A stretch of DNA of 64,000 nt from Candidatus Dormiibacterota bacterium (GTDB taxonomy: Bacteria > Chloroflexota > Dormibacteria > Aeolococcales > Aeolococcaceae). The DNA is taken from the NCBI GenBank assembly GCA_963709585.1, contig CAVPXI010000013.1:148148-212147 (forward strand), written 5' to 3'. Position numbers and translations under genes: made by a program. Positions 63,169 through 64,000 of the stretch are shown one piece after another. The first letter of the stretch is position 1. Each line of letters begins with the position of its first letter. The notes beneath the pieces were generated by a model, which saw only the letters and a list, made by a program, of their open reading frames with translations, was not told where the DNA came from and did no database searches.

Positions 63169-63361
63169 AAAACTGTAAGCGTTATGTATGCACTTGCCTG
63201 CCACACTCTCTTGCTATGAGCAGCGGCATCCGGCCTCAACCGTGGGGATTGATGCCTTTTGCAGGAAAAGCAATCATTCCTGGTTAGACAACTACACCCC
63301 GTGGCGCGCAGGCGCCCATCGCACCTCGCCACCTCTCCCGCGCGAAGTCAAATTGCGCGCC
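63169..63361. repeat. Family A left arm directly downstream of the intact tRNA-Pro
   Basis: AAAACTGTAAGCGTTATGTATGCAC...GGCATCCGGCCTCAACCGTGGGGATTGATGCCTTTT; matches arms at 613, 6683 and 13847. Confidence 0.95.
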
Positions 63362-63362
63362 G

Positions 63363-63436
63363 TCGGGGAGACAGGACTCGAACCTGCGACCCCTGGTCCC
63401 CCAGACCAGTACTCTAACCATCTGAGCTACTCCCCG
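63363..63436 (-). tRNA. tRNA-Pro (GGG), CCA not encoded
   Basis: CGGGGAG TA GCTC AGATGGTTA GAGT A CTGGT CTGGGGG ACCAG GGGTC GCAGG TTCGAGT CCTGT CTCCCCG A folds as a full cloverleaf. Confidence 0.97.
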
Positions 63437-63485
63437 AGGCGCGCCTGGCGACTCTACCGCCCCGGCCCACGAGGCCGAAGACGCG

Positions 63486-64000
63486 TCAGTCGTCGCTCTC
63501 GTCGCGATGCCGGGTGACGATCCGCAAGCGCACCCCCGCGAAGCCGAATACCGCGCGGATCCGGTTCTCGAGGTACCGCTGGTATGCGAAGTGCATCAGC
63601 TCGGGGTCGTTGACGAAGAGCACGATCGTCGGCACGGGGCGCGAGCCTGGGTCGCGTAGAGGATCTTGAGGCGCCGTCCCTTGTAAGTCCGGGGCGGATG
63701 CTCGTCGAGCGCGTTGCGGATCAGATTGTTCAATGCCGGCGTTGGGATGTGGATCGATCGCGCATCGGCGACCGCGAGCACCGCGGGCATCACCCGCTTC
63801 AGATTGCGGTGCTCGGTCGCCGACAGCGTCAGCACCGGAACGCCGGGCACGAACGAGAACGAATCCTGCAGCTTCTTCAGGTACGCCGGATCAACCCGCT
63901 CCTCGTGCTTGACGAGGTCCCACTTGTTCGCCGCAACCACGAGCCCGGCCCCGGCCTCGACGGCATACCCGGCGATATGCCGGTCCTGTGCGCTGGCGCC
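63486..64000 (-). CDS. der: Ribosome biogenesis GTPase Der, C-terminal part (apparent 1-nt loss in the G run at 63636-63639)
   Basis: NKWDL G4 motif, [16 protein letters not shown], then in another frame [30 protein letters not shown]. Confidence 0.93.

Larger units (their letters stand above)
50698..63362. mobile_element. Unit I (about 12.7 kb, tRNA-proximal; secreted proteins plus STAND regulator)
   Basis: Right arm at 50698-50817 and left arm at 63169-63361 abutting the intact tRNA. Confidence 0.78.

Overview
High-GC bacterial DNA. The right edge holds the only core-genome anchor: the 3' part of der (EngA GTPase), then tRNA-Pro(GGG) at 63363-63436 on the minus strand. Everything to the left looks like a tandem array of integrated elements stacked at the 3' end of that tRNA. 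The tRNA 3' half (anticodon arm to discriminator) recurs at about 808, 6878, 14041 and 50651. Each copy lies between conserved non-coding arms (about 195 bp left, strongly diverged at 50651; about 100-120 bp right), giving attP-like junctions that delimit units of about 6, 7, 36.5 and 12.7 kb plus a partial fifth. I found no integrase gene in the window. Inside the largest unit, a second unrelated repeat family (5 co-oriented copies, 17.5-37 kb) has TGGACG tandem boxes and a 9-bp hairpin; one copy sits beside a tRNA-Gln 3' fragment. These repeats cut the DNA into self-contained gene modules. Cargo is mostly stress, redox and detoxification genes: three ECF sigma modules, epoxide hydrolases, F420-linked enzymes, redoxins, VOC proteins, ABC/MFS transporters, and secreted Cys-rich beta-propellers with a STAND-type regulator. 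One module encodes a ubiquitin-like protein, a JAB peptidase and a two-domain E1 with no E2, divergent from an XRE-ImmA/PIN pair and followed by an HNH-like gene and an excisionase-like gene missing from the ORF track. Single-base frameshifts are frequent, even in essential der, so many are probably sequencing errors.
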